64,000 bases of DNA, taken from Candidatus Kapaibacterium sp. GTDB taxonomy: Bacteria; Bacteroidota; Ignavibacteria; Kapaibacteriales; UBA2268. The stretch spans positions 4,640,001-4,704,000 of the forward strand of contig OY762428.1 in assembly GCA_963665665.1 (NCBI GenBank), given 5' to 3'. Position 1 is the stretch's first letter. Every line of letters starts with the position of its first letter. Below the pieces are notes generated by a model. It made no database searches. It saw only the letters and a program-made list of their open reading frames with translations, and was not told where the DNA came from. Below, one piece after another: positions 37,154 to 47,900 of the stretch. Position numbers and translations under genes: made by a program.

Positions 37154-39859
37154 GTGATAATCATGAAAAAATACTACTCCATATTAATGATCATTTTGAC
37201 AACATCATTTGCTTTTGCAGGAATTAACAGTTCCAATGATAGCTACAACCTGATTGGTGAACATTTGAATGTTGTGATTGAAGCAGGTAAGACTAACAGG
37301 ATTGAATATCTGAAGAATTCTTCCGGTTACGATTTTCAAATTCTTAATAATTCTAATACATCTCAGAAATTTAGTTTAAAACTGATTGAAGAAGTTAACG
37401 GCGGGCAGGTAATAAATTCAATTTCGGGAAGCCTTTTTTCTATCAGGAATTTGAACGGTAAATATTTATTATCAATTAAAAATTCCGATAAAACAAATAC
37501 TAAGGAATTTATTGTTGAATTCATTCCAATTGATATTGTAGGTAAGTCCGAAAAGAATCAAGATAAAACCCTTAATGAGGAACCGGATCCCTATCTATGG
37601 ATTAATAATGGCGCTCATGTGGTAGACGGAAAATACTTTTGTAAATATCAGCAGCAATCACACAGAATTATTAGCGAAGCCGGTAAATTAAAAATTGAGG
37701 ATAGGGAAGATAAGGTTATTGTGATGGACAGGATGGATATTGATGGTAATCAGCATAATGCTGAAGGTTATGGGGGAGATGTCCTTTCATCTCATATTAA
37801 TGATGTCAGTGAAAAATACTCAAGCTGGATCAGTTTTAGTCTGCAAAGGGGTATTTACAGAAGCTTTGACCGTGGATGGAATGATAATTACCTGAAAGGG
37901 CCGGAATGGTTGGTAAAAGACCTGAATGGCGAAATTCTGCGGCAGCCGGACAGAATTGTTGTAGAAATGATTGCCGCCAGCGAGGATAGCTTGTTCCAGC
38001 TGACCAATGTTCCCGATAGTGTATGGATGAAAATTCCAGCAAGGTACGGGCGCGAAGCAGTAAAAAATTCATACCTGAAGATATACGGCGGTGGCGGTTA
38101 TGAAAGGGCAAATTTATATTTCGATCCTGACTCGGTTTTAGACCCCGGCGAAGGGATTGTTTTAGATCCAAACGATATTGGCAGTGATGATTTCTTTCAT
38201 CCCTGGAGAGTTCCCATTCCTGATACGCTTATAAATAAGGGTTTCATCAGGTTTAGGTTCAGGGTGGAAGCCGTAGACAACTCGCCTGAGGGCTATTATT
38301 CTTATGATGATTATGATGAATTTCTTCTTGATAACATTGAACTGGGAAGCCCGGTGGAAGGTTCTGATGTTCAGGCAATAGCTTTAGTACCGGAATTAAA
38401 TTACTCATATTATACATTGAACCATCCGTTCCGAATTCCACTAAAAGCTTATGTTCAGAATACTATGGGCATAATGTCGCCAAATTTCAACATTATGGCA
38501 AGAGTATGGAAATCCAAAGATGACGTTCCCAGATTAATAGATACCGGGTTTAGTCTTTATTTTAGTCACCCTTATGGAAGATTTTTAACTGTTCCCGGAG
38601 TTCCCGCTGAATCATTAATGGAATTTGAAATGCCGGCAATTAATTATGATGAAATGAAAGATTATATTGAGCCCGGAATGAATCATTTCTTTGCAATGCT
38701 GAATATAGAAATGCCGGGGGGAGATATATTTGCTTCGAATGATACGGTTTTCACTGAATTTGATATTTGGTTTGATGATTTTCTTGCTTATGATTTTCCA
38801 CTGGGTGGGATGCCGGATAATTATAACAGTGTTGATGAATTCACTGCCGATTGGTATGGCCTTGCCCTGCCCGGATATTCTTCACCCTATAATAATGAGA
38901 TATTTCAAATAGCCGGAGGGCAGCAAGGTCCCGGAGGCGAAATAGCTGTGAAATTTACAATGCACCAAAAGGATACTGTTGCAGGATTTAAAACCTATTT
39001 TACAAGAAATGCTTCCGGGCCTGATAGTTTTGAATTAGCAATTTACAATGATAATAATGGTTTTCCCGGGGAAGAAATTGAATCAACTAAACTTGAAAAA
39101 AATAAATTTTTTGACGATGCTGATAATGAGTATAAACCCGAAGAGCTGATAAATTACTATTACGGAATTAAGGATAATACCGGAGAGATAATACATCCGC
39201 CAATTCTGGAAGCAGGTGATTACTGGGTAGTTGTCAGGCAATTGGGTAATACACCATTAAATATCGGAGGCAGTGCTTTCAGGTGCGGAATGAAAGTTAT
39301 GCAAGTGGATTCTGAAGGCGAAGGTGTAAACAATATTAATATATTCGTTGATCCCAATATATCAAATTTGAATATTTCAGATGAAACCGGATTACCTGGC
39401 TACAGTAATAAAACTATATTTGCTTACAGAAATGACGGTGATGAAGAGTGGACATCATTCAGCCCAAATACGGGAAATCCCGGCTACGGCCATTTGAATA
39501 TTTACGGAAACGTGGTAAGGAATTCAGATACAATGCATACATATACCCGTGGTACGTTTGCACCTGTTCTAAGGCTGATAATGGATATGGAACAAATACC
39601 TGTTGGCGTTGAAGAAACAGCTACAGATAATACGGGCATTTCAATTTATCCAAATCCTTCAAAGGATTTCATTATGATAACACAGAAAAATAAATCAATT
39701 AATACAAACATCGAAATATTTGATTTGTCAGGTAATAGGATGGATTGCAGAGAAATATCAGATGGAATATATGATTTGCGAGATTTATCATCAGGGGCTT
39801 ATATCATTTTGATAAATAATAATGGAAATATTTCTCATAAAATTATTATAAAGGAATAG
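37154..39859 (+). CDS. Large secreted protein of unknown function with T9SS C-terminal domain (paralog B)
   Basis: Signal peptide (likely start MKKYYS); IYPNPSKD...IFDLSG...SGAYII...KIIIKE tail. Confidence 0.8.
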   Translation: MIIMKKYYSILMIILTTSFAFAGINSSNDSYNLIGEHLNVVIEAGKTNRIEYLKNSSGYDFQILNNSNTSQKFSLKLIEEVNGGQVINSISGSLFSIRNLNGKYLLSIKNSDKTNTKEFIVEFIPIDIVGKSEKNQDKTLNEEPDPYLWINNGAHVVDGKYFCKYQQQSHRIISEAGKLKIEDREDKVIVMDRMDIDGNQHNAEGYGGDVLSSHINDVSEKYSSWISFSLQRGIYRSFDRGWNDNYLKGPEWLVKDLNGEILRQPDRIVVEMIAASEDSLFQLTNVPDSVWMKIPARYGREAVKNSYLKIYGGGGYERANLYFDPDSVLDPGEGIVLDPNDIGSDDFFHPWRVPIPDTLINKGFIRFRFRVEAVDNSPEGYYSYDDYDEFLLDNIELGSPVEGSDVQAIALVPELNYSYYTLNHPFRIPLKAYVQNTMGIMSPNFNIMARVWKSKDDVPRLIDTGFSLYFSHPYGRFLTVPGVPAESLMEFEMPAINYDEMKDYIEPGMNHFFAMLNIEMPGGDIFASNDTVFTEFDIWFDDFLAYDFPLGGMPDNYNSVDEFTADWYGLALPGYSSPYNNEIFQIAGGQQGPGGEIAVKFTMHQKDTVAGFKTYFTRNASGPDSFELAIYNDNNGFPGEEIESTKLEKNKFFDDADNEYKPEELINYYYGIKDNTGEIIHPPILEAGDYWVVVRQLGNTPLNIGGSAFRCGMKVMQVDSEGEGVNNINIFVDPNISNLNISDETGLPGYSNKTIFAYRNDGDEEWTSFSPNTGNPGYGHLNIYGNVVRNSDTMHTYTRGTFAPVLRLIMDMEQIPVGVEETATDNTGISIYPNPSKDFIMITQKNKSINTNIEIFDLSGNRMDCREISDGIYDLRDLSSGAYIILINNNGNISHKIIIKE

Positions 39860-39911
39860 AAAATTTTATGGAATAGGTGATTATTAAAATATGTATATGT
39901 AATAAAGTATG

Positions 39912-39940
39912 GTGGGATGCGCTTTCAAAACGTATCCCAC
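39912..39940 (+). terminator. Stem-loop (terminator or REP-like) after paralog B
   Basis: GTGGGATGCG-N9-CGTATCCCAC followed by TTTG. Confidence 0.5.
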
Positions 39941-40023
39941 TTTGTGTATATATATGTGGAATATCGGTTTTCATTACTATGTTTACATGATATTTTACGA
40001 AATCAAAAAAAATATTTTTTTAA

Positions 40024-42094
40024 CCCAACTTGCATCACGAGGAAGTAAAAAAAATTTAAAACAGCCCAATTTGCCATTTGGGCAAGTGTAAGTTATTGAA
40101 ATGTGGTTGTCGGATTATTGGGTTTGTTGAATGTAGTGGAGTATGGTGTGGATAACTATATTTGGATATAATATAACTATTCCGTATATTACGCGTATGT
40201 ATATAAAAGAGATAAATAAAAGAAACAAGCCCGGCGGAAAAACATTCAAGTACTTCCAGCTTACAGAGGCTGTCAGGGTTGGCAAGAAAACAATGCAGCG
40301 CGTAGTGCTCTATCTCGGATATGACAGTGTATTAGAAGATAAAGATAAACGCCGCACAGTGGGCAAGCTTCTGGAAGCAAAGATCACGGGAAAAGAAGAA
40401 CTGTCAAAAGAATTTCTGAAAGTTCCTGCAAGGATAACAAAGCTGGTTGATGCTTTATACCTGAAGTACCTGCAAAAGAACAAATCCGAAGAGGATAAGG
40501 AAAAGGAAAGGCAGGCAGAGGAAGCACGTTTTGAGCCTGTTGACCTAAGTTCCCTGCAACTGTCGGATTCCAAAGAAATAGGAGCAGAGGCAATATCGCT
40601 TGGCATGCTTGACCGCATAGGCATAGGTGGCTTCCTGGAGCGTAAGGGCTGGATCCGTCGAGATATAGACCGTGCGAGGATAAGCATAGTAAGCAGGGCA
40701 GTATTCGCATCGTCAGAGAACAGGACAGACTACTGGCTAAGGAAAGTAAGCGGGCTGATGGAACTTTTTCCCGCAAGCACTGTTCTGCCGAACCGGAATC
40801 ACCTGTATAAAGCCTCCTCCATGCTGTATGAGCTCAAAGACGAACTTGAGACATTCATCTACGAGCGTCTCGGAAGCATGTTCGATGTTGATGATAAGAT
40901 AGTAATATACGACCTGACAAACACATACTTCGAGGGAAGAAAAGAAAACAGTAAAATAGCAAAATTCGGCAGAAGCAAGGAAAAAAGAAGCGACTGCCGG
41001 CTGGTTGTACTTGCAGCAGTTATTAACCGTCAGGGATTTCTGAAACACAGCAAAATATACGAGGGCAATATGAGTGACCCCGAAACTGTTGTCGATATGG
41101 TAACAAATCTCGACGGCAGCAAAGGCTCCTCATCGCCTCTTGTGGTAATGGACGCTGGAATCGCCACGGAAGATAACCTTACGATGCTAAGAAATAAAGG
41201 ATACAAATACGTTTGCGTTGCAAGGAGCAAGCCGGGAAAAGAAGACTTGCCTAAGGATACCCCGCCCTTTGTTACCGAAGATAAACGCCACGGAAAGATC
41301 AAACTGCGTTTCATGAAAATGATAAGCAAACCGGACAGATGGGTTCAGGTTGAAAGTAGCGGAAAGAAAAAAAAGGAAGAATCCATGCATGACAAAGCTG
41401 CGGAGAAGTTTGAAACAGAACTGAAAGGCGTTGATAAAGCTACAAGAACAAAAGGCGGAACAAAGAGAATAGAGAAAGTTTGGGAAAGGCTCGGCAGGAT
41501 AAAGGAAAGGAACAAACGCGTTGCCAAATATTACAATATTGAAGTGATCAGCCAGGGAAATATCGTAACCCGGATAAAATGGAATAAGAAAAAAATAAAA
41601 GAAAGCAGGGGCAGCGGAACATACTACCTCAGAACCAACAGCGCCCTGAATAGTGAGAAAGAAATATGGGATACCTACAATACTGTACGCGACGTTGAAT
41701 CAACATTCCGATGCCTGAAAACAGATCTGAATCTGCGTCCGGTATTCCACCAGAAAGACGAGAACGTCGAGGCTCACCTCCATCTTGGCCTGCTGGCCTA
41801 CAACATAGTAGCCCCGATACGTTACATGTTGAAACAGAAAGGTATAAACAACGCATGGCGTAACATTGTCCTGACAATGAACACGCAGAAGGTCGGCTCG
41901 GCTGAGCTTGAAACCCGCGATCGGGGCAAGGTCGTCATCAGAACCTGCACGCGCCCGTCAAGGGAGGTGCTGGAAATATATCAGGCCCTGGGGATGTCCT
42001 CGATGCCGGTGGCAAGAAAAAATTTGTAGTGACCAATCGGGAAAATTCCCTCCTGTATTGACAGGCACTTAGCTCCATACTGGTGCAAGTTGGG
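40024..42094 (+). mobile_element. IS1634-family insertion sequence, apparently complete
   Basis: Terminal inverted repeats CCCAACTTGCATCA / TGGTGCAAGTTGGG (13/14 match), TTAA on both flanks, one intact transposase. Confidence 0.9.
40197..42029 (+). CDS. IS1634-family DDE transposase
   Basis: YDLTNTYFEG, FGRSKEKRSDC, YEGN, VVMDAGI, Y...RDVESTFR.LK..L.LRPVFHQ...V.AH. Start placed at MYIKEI. Confidence 0.92.
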   Translation: MYIKEINKRNKPGGKTFKYFQLTEAVRVGKKTMQRVVLYLGYDSVLEDKDKRRTVGKLLEAKITGKEELSKEFLKVPARITKLVDALYLKYLQKNKSEEDKEKERQAEEARFEPVDLSSLQLSDSKEIGAEAISLGMLDRIGIGGFLERKGWIRRDIDRARISIVSRAVFASSENRTDYWLRKVSGLMELFPASTVLPNRNHLYKASSMLYELKDELETFIYERLGSMFDVDDKIVIYDLTNTYFEGRKENSKIAKFGRSKEKRSDCRLVVLAAVINRQGFLKHSKIYEGNMSDPETVVDMVTNLDGSKGSSSPLVVMDAGIATEDNLTMLRNKGYKYVCVARSKPGKEDLPKDTPPFVTEDKRHGKIKLRFMKMISKPDRWVQVESSGKKKKEESMHDKAAEKFETELKGVDKATRTKGGTKRIEKVWERLGRIKERNKRVAKYYNIEVISQGNIVTRIKWNKKKIKESRGSGTYYLRTNSALNSEKEIWDTYNTVRDVESTFRCLKTDLNLRPVFHQKDENVEAHLHLGLLAYNIVAPIRYMLKQKGINNAWRNIVLTMNTQKVGSAELETRDRGKVVIRTCTRPSREVLEIYQALGMSSMPVARKNL

Positions 42095-42155
42095 TTAAAA
42101 TCGGGCTAATTTGGTAATTTCGGAAGTAATTTATCATCAACAACCGGAGATTCAC

Positions 42156-43289
42156 ATGAAAACACTCTCTACGCTTTCTATTGCATTTTTATTAATTTTC
42201 GTAAGCTTTTCTGAAATTTTTTCACAGATAACAATTGAATATGAGGATGTTCCTTTTGTTTTGGATGAGACTTACCATTTTTATGCAATTGGGGCACCGA
42301 ATATTAGTGCACCTGAATCAGGAGAAGATCAAACCTGGGATTTTTCCGAACTCATTTACCAGGTTGAATCTAATACAAAATTTTCCCCCGCTGAAAATGC
42401 TGAATTCCCATCCGATTCCAGGTATAATATCAGCATAACAAATTTTGGTGTAATTGATTTATATTCAGAGTATTATTACCAAAAACAGGACGATGGTATT
42501 AAAAGAATCGGAAGCCGAATGCTGCCAGTTGATATTGCCCTCACGGAATTCACCGGAAACCCGTCCGATTCCATTAACTTCGTAGAATCTATCAATAAAC
42601 ATGAAATGAATGATATGCCTCTGCCTCTAAATTATGGGGCAACCTGGACGGATGAAGTAACATATAAAACTAATTTTAACTTGTCAATTTCAATGCTTGG
42701 CCTTGATCATGTTGCATCATACAACAGTCAACATGTAACTTATAATTGTGAAGTAATTTCTTCCGGAACTATGATTATTCCGGATGAAGCAGGAACTCCT
42801 GTTTCAATAGAGGGCCTTCTGATTAAAAGAGATATTGCTGTTGTTGACAGTTTCTATATTGACGATATGCCTGCTTCAAGCATGATCCTTTCTGCTTTCG
42901 GACTTGAGCAGGGAGCTATGAGCACACAAAGTGCTTATGAATTCTATACTCAGGGTTATTCTCACCAGGTAGCAAGGTTTATCATGAGTTCCAACTGGTC
43001 TCAGGTGCTCGAATTTCAATATGCAAAATTAACTGCTTCAGACGTTGAAGAAATTGAATCTTTAAATTGCAATATTTATCCTAATCCGACAAAAGATTTT
43101 ATCAGGATAAATCAGGTAAATCAGTCAATTGAAAGAAATATCAGCATATATGATTTATCGGGTAATAAGATGGATTGCAGACAAATATCAGATGGTGTTT
43201 TTGACCTGCGCGGGCTGCCTTCAGGAGCATACATTGTTATATTGAATAATAACGGCAGTGTTGATCGTGAAATTATTATTAAGGAATAA
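42156..43289 (+). CDS. Secreted protein with T9SS C-terminal domain
   Basis: Signal peptide MKTLST...SQ-ITI, G..QTWDFS.L motif, IYPNPTKD...IYDLSG...SGAYIV tail. Confidence 0.8.
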   Translation: MKTLSTLSIAFLLIFVSFSEIFSQITIEYEDVPFVLDETYHFYAIGAPNISAPESGEDQTWDFSELIYQVESNTKFSPAENAEFPSDSRYNISITNFGVIDLYSEYYYQKQDDGIKRIGSRMLPVDIALTEFTGNPSDSINFVESINKHEMNDMPLPLNYGATWTDEVTYKTNFNLSISMLGLDHVASYNSQHVTYNCEVISSGTMIIPDEAGTPVSIEGLLIKRDIAVVDSFYIDDMPASSMILSAFGLEQGAMSTQSAYEFYTQGYSHQVARFIMSSNWSQVLEFQYAKLTASDVEEIESLNCNIYPNPTKDFIRINQVNQSIERNISIYDLSGNKMDCRQISDGVFDLRGLPSGAYIVILNNNGSVDREIIIKE

Positions 43290-43330
43290 TAATATTGGCC
43301 TTTTAAAATTCTCACAATAATTTAAAAAAC

Positions 43331-43358
43331 AAAACCTCGAATATTGCTTCGAGGTTTT
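43331..43358. terminator. Rho-independent (likely bidirectional) terminator
   Basis: AAAACCTCGAA-TATTGC-TTCGAGGTTTT perfect stem followed by a T-rich tail. Confidence 0.8.
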
Positions 43359-44189
43359 ATTTTTATTCAAATTACTCAGTATGACTTTAAAACTGAAAAT
43401 TGAAAGAATAATTCTTTAATTTAAATATATGAAATGAAATCCAATATAAGGATAAAGCATCAGGTTAAAGATGACCTGAAAGAATTTGTCTAAACAGTTA
43501 CAGCAATATTTTTTTCAAACTAATGCTATTAAATATATTGCTTCTAAGCAATTTATGAGATTTGTCAATTTATGCAATGCCTGTAGAAATTGTTATTGTA
43601 ATGCCGGGAATATGTATTCAGAAACACAAGTACCTGGTGGTTTCTGTTTGTTCTTTTAATACCGTGGCAAGAATGGATAAAGCATGATTAAAATTGTAAT
43701 AAATAAGGTATAGATTATTGTATTGTTGCAAGCTAATGTTATGCTTCCCATTGATATGCAGGCTGTTTCTTACACTAAAATGTCCTAAGATTTTATTCAA
43801 ATCTACCAGCCCTGGCTGGTTTTTTATATTCATTCAGGCTCATATTAATATTAGCCGTCATTCATTTAAATTTTATACTCGCCAATACATATTTATTCAG
43901 CTGATTTGAAAAAATATACCTTGACTTTTTTATATTTTCTCCTTATTTTCTTTCGGATCAATATAGGGGTTTGATTCCCTAATGAAAGTTGTCAGTGATA
44001 TTGTATTATGAATAAATAATATTTTATTGAATTATTTTTAAAAATAAATTTCTTTTTTTTTCGTAAGATTTTAAGGGTACATTGACAGGAAATTGAAGTT
44101 TCTTAATCCGAATAATATTATTAGTAATGACTAATATCTGTATATTATTGTTGTTACTGGTAATTATCAGAAAATGAAGCAAAAATAAT

Positions 44190-44220
44190 TTTGCAGATAA
44201 TTATTTCATGTTTAAATTTG
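44190..44220 (+). promoter_or_regulatory. Candidate Bacteroidota-type primary sigma promoter for the act-cox operon
   Basis: TTTG (44190-44193), 19 nt spacer, TAAATTTG (44213-44220); matches TTTG-N19-21-TAnnTTTG. Confidence 0.5.
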
Positions 44221-44363
44221 TGTTGATTTGTAGGATTAATAGAAATTAATGTTTTAAGAATGACTAAAAATAGGCCGGGAATTAAACCAAAAGCTCTTCT
44301 AAAGAACACAAGCGAATTGTACTGTAACTATTCTGAAACAGAAGTTAAACTTATAAATTCAGG

Positions 44364-44942
44364 TTGCCAGTGAAAAAATCTTTACTCGACTATACCCTAA
44401 AAGTACGTGTACCTGTCACATTATTTATTGTTGCAGCTTCTTTTGCATTAACCTACTACGTTGCAAGGCCTGAAAGGGACGGAATCGGTTATGACCCCGA
44501 ACAGCCAATACCGTTTTCTCATAAGCTTCATGCAGGGGAGATGGGGATTGACTGCCAATATTGCCACACAAGCGTAGAAGATTCCAGGCACGCCTCTATT
44601 CCTCCACTGAGTACATGTATGAATTGCCACACAGTCGCAAAAAAGAATTCTGAACATATCAAAAAACTCACAAAATTTTATAACGAAGGAAAAGCAATGG
44701 AGTGGAAACGGATTCATAAAATCCCGGACTACGCTTATTTCAACCACAGCGTTCATGTAAACAAGGGAATTGAATGTCAGGCATGCCATGGGCAGGTTGA
44801 AAGAATGGATAAGCTTTCCCAGGTGGAATCTCTAACTATGGGAGCATGCCTGAATTGTCACAGAGATGCGCATTCCAAATCCATGATGCTCAAGGACAGC
44901 AGCGCAAGGGGGCCTGAACATTGCAATACCTGTCACAGGTAG
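44364..44942 (+). CDS. actA: Alternative complex III pentaheme cytochrome c
   Basis: TM anchor, QPIPFSHKLH, five CxxCH motifs. Start may be GTG 44370. Confidence 0.92.
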   Translation: MPVKKSLLDYTLKVRVPVTLFIVAASFALTYYVARPERDGIGYDPEQPIPFSHKLHAGEMGIDCQYCHTSVEDSRHASIPPLSTCMNCHTVAKKNSEHIKKLTKFYNEGKAMEWKRIHKIPDYAYFNHSVHVNKGIECQACHGQVERMDKLSQVESLTMGACLNCHRDAHSKSMMLKDSSARGPEHCNTCHR

Positions 44943-44957
44943 TTCTTCATTAAATTA

Positions 44958-47900
44958 TTGTTTTACTTTATAATGACAGACATGGAAAATTCTAAGTCAA
45001 ATGACAGAAGAAAATATTTCTGGAAAAGTATCAGAGAATTTGAGAAAAATCCTGACTTTGCAGCAAAAAAAGAAGGTGAATTTCCGGACAGCGTAAAAGA
45101 AGAATTTAATGTTCAGGAGTTGTCGCCCCTTTCAAGAAGGAAGTTTCTTGGCCTGCTGAGCGTCTCTGCTGCTTTTGCTGCGGTCAGCTGTAAAGACTAC
45201 AGGGACAAAGGAGCAATAGTACCATACAATAAACAGCCTGAAAATATTACATTAGGTAAGCCCAATTTTTATGCTTCTGCTCTTGCAGACGGTACGCCTG
45301 TATTGATTAAAACCCGTGAAGGCAGGCCGATTAAAATAGACGGCAACCCGGAACACCCGTTGAATAAAGGTAAGATAAGCGTTCGCGGCCATGCGAATAT
45401 TTTATCCCTTTACGACCCTGAACGTATTCAGCGCCCGATGAAAAGAAGCGGAGACAAATTGAATCCGGCAAAATGGGATGATATTGACAATGAAATTATT
45501 TCAATGCTTCAAACAACAGCCGGATCTGGAAAAGAAATTTCAATAATTTATGGTAAAAATACTTCACCGACATTCAATAACCTGCTAAAACAATTCTCTG
45601 AAAAATATCCCACAACAAAAATTTATACTTACGATTTATTCAATGACAGTAACAAAAAAACTGCCTGGCACGATTTGTACGGCACTGATAAGTATCCTCT
45701 TATCGATTGGTCAAAAGCCGATGTTATCCTGTCGATAGACGGAGATTTTCTTGGGAATGAAGGTAATCTTGAAGAACAGATAAGAGAATTCACTGCCAGA
45801 AGAGATTTCGATAAAAACTTGAATTTCAACAGGCTTTATACAGTTGAAGGCGCTTTGAGCCTTACCGGAGCTAACTCGGATTACAGGCTAAGGCTAAGTC
45901 CTGTTTTTTACAATGAATTTCTGATGGCTTTGATACATAAATGTGATCTTTGCAATATTGATACAAAACAATTCAATTTTTCCGGTGTCAGGCCGCTGGA
46001 AGAGATCGTAAAATCTGCAGGAATAAAGGAAGAGTATATTAATCTTTTAGTCAACGACCTGAAAAATTCTAAAGGTAAATCAATTGTTTACGGGGGAAAC
46101 CACCTTCCGGTGGATACACACTATCTTATCAATATTCTGAATGAGTTACTCGGAAATAAAAAATTATACAGAACAGATACAAGGGATGTTTCCTATACAG
46201 AATATTCAACTATTCAAGACTGGAAAGAGCTTGTCGGCAAAATTAATTCAGGTAAATCAGGTACTGTTCTGATTCTGGACAAAAATCCTGTTTATCATCT
46301 TCCGAATGACATAGGTTTGAAAGCTGCTCTTGAAAAAGCAAGCACTGTATTTATGGGTTTAAAAGAAAATGAAACTTCCGAATCAGCTAAATATATTCTT
46401 CCTATACACCATGCGCTTGAAAGCTGGGGTGATTTCAAACCCCGAACAGGAATGGTAACATTGCAGCAGCCGGTTATAGAGCCGCTCTATGATACCAGGC
46501 AGAAGGAATCAATGTTCCTTGTTTGGTCGGGTAAAGCAAAATACTCGAATGATATTTACCATAAATACCTGATGAAGAATTGGGAAGAAAAAGTATATCC
46601 TACAATGAACCTGCTAAGCAGTTTCAGGCAGTTCTGGAATTCGGCGCTTCACGATGGGTTCATTACTTATCAAACTGAACCAATCGAGTTTATTGATCCC
46701 GATCTGACAACCATTCCTGCATCTAAAGTTTACAAAGAGGCCGGTATAACGGTTCAGCTTCGAAATAATTATTCTATTGGTGACGGAACTTATGCCGATA
46801 ATGGGTGGCTTCAGGAATTGGCTCATCCCATATCGAAGAGCGTATGGGATAATTATGCGGCAATAGCTCCTGCAACAGCAAAAAAATATGATCTTGAGAA
46901 TAATGATCTGATAAAAGTAAAAGTTAACGGCAGGGAAATCAACCTCCCCGTTTTAGTTCAGCCCGGTACTGCCGAGAATCTTATTGTTACTGAATTGGGA
47001 TATGGAAGGACAAAGGCCGGTGTAATTGGAACGAACGTTGGATTTGACGCTTCGAAAATAATGACCACCGATACCGGTTTTAACTTCCTGTTTACCGGAG
47101 CTGAAATAGCAAAGACCGGTGAAACATATAAAGTTGTTTCTACTCAGGAGCACCATGCTCTTGACGATGATTTCGTAAAAGATTTCCATAAAAGCAGGGA
47201 CATCATTCAGGAAGGAACTGTAAATGAATATCAGCATAATCCTGAATTCCTGAAGGAACATAAACACAAAATAATAAGCATAACGCCTCCTCATGAATAT
47301 AAAGATGTTAAATGGGGTATGGCTATAGACCTGAATAAATGTATTGGCTGTAATAACTGTGTTGCTTCTTGCAATGTAGAAAATAATATTCCCGTTGTTA
47401 GTAAGGACCAGGTTGAAAAAGGACGCGAAATGCACTGGATGCGAATTGACCGCTATTACAGCGGAACGCCCGAAGATCCGGAAACAAGCATACAGCCTAT
47501 GCTATGCCAGCACTGTGATAACGCCCCGTGCGAAAATGTATGCCCGGTTGTTGCTACAACACATAGTCCGGACGGCCTGAACCAGATGACTTATAACAGG
47601 TGCGTAGGAACCAGGTATTGTGCAAATAACTGTCCTTATAAGGTAAGAAGATTCAACTTCTTTGATTTTCGCGAGCATACCGGCGACGGGTATTATTACC
47701 AGGATTCGTTGAAACTCTTGAACAACCCGGAAGTAACTGTCAGGTCACGCGGCGTAATGGAAAAATGTACATTCTGCGTTCAGCGTATTATGGACGCCAG
47801 GGAAATTGCCAAGAGTACAGGCAAACCTCTGAAAGGCAGTGACGTGAAAACCGCCTGTCAGGAAGCATGCCCGGCTGAAGCAATTGTATTCGGGGACCTG

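Noticed and set aside
34471-43289. Diversity-generating retroelement acting on the T9SS genes
   Set aside because: No reverse transcriptase in the window, and differences between the similar segments are not adenine-specific.
43618-43909. Two short overlapping ORFs in the pre-actA gap
   Set aside because: No motifs or clear RBS; consistent with chance ORFs in AT-rich DNA.
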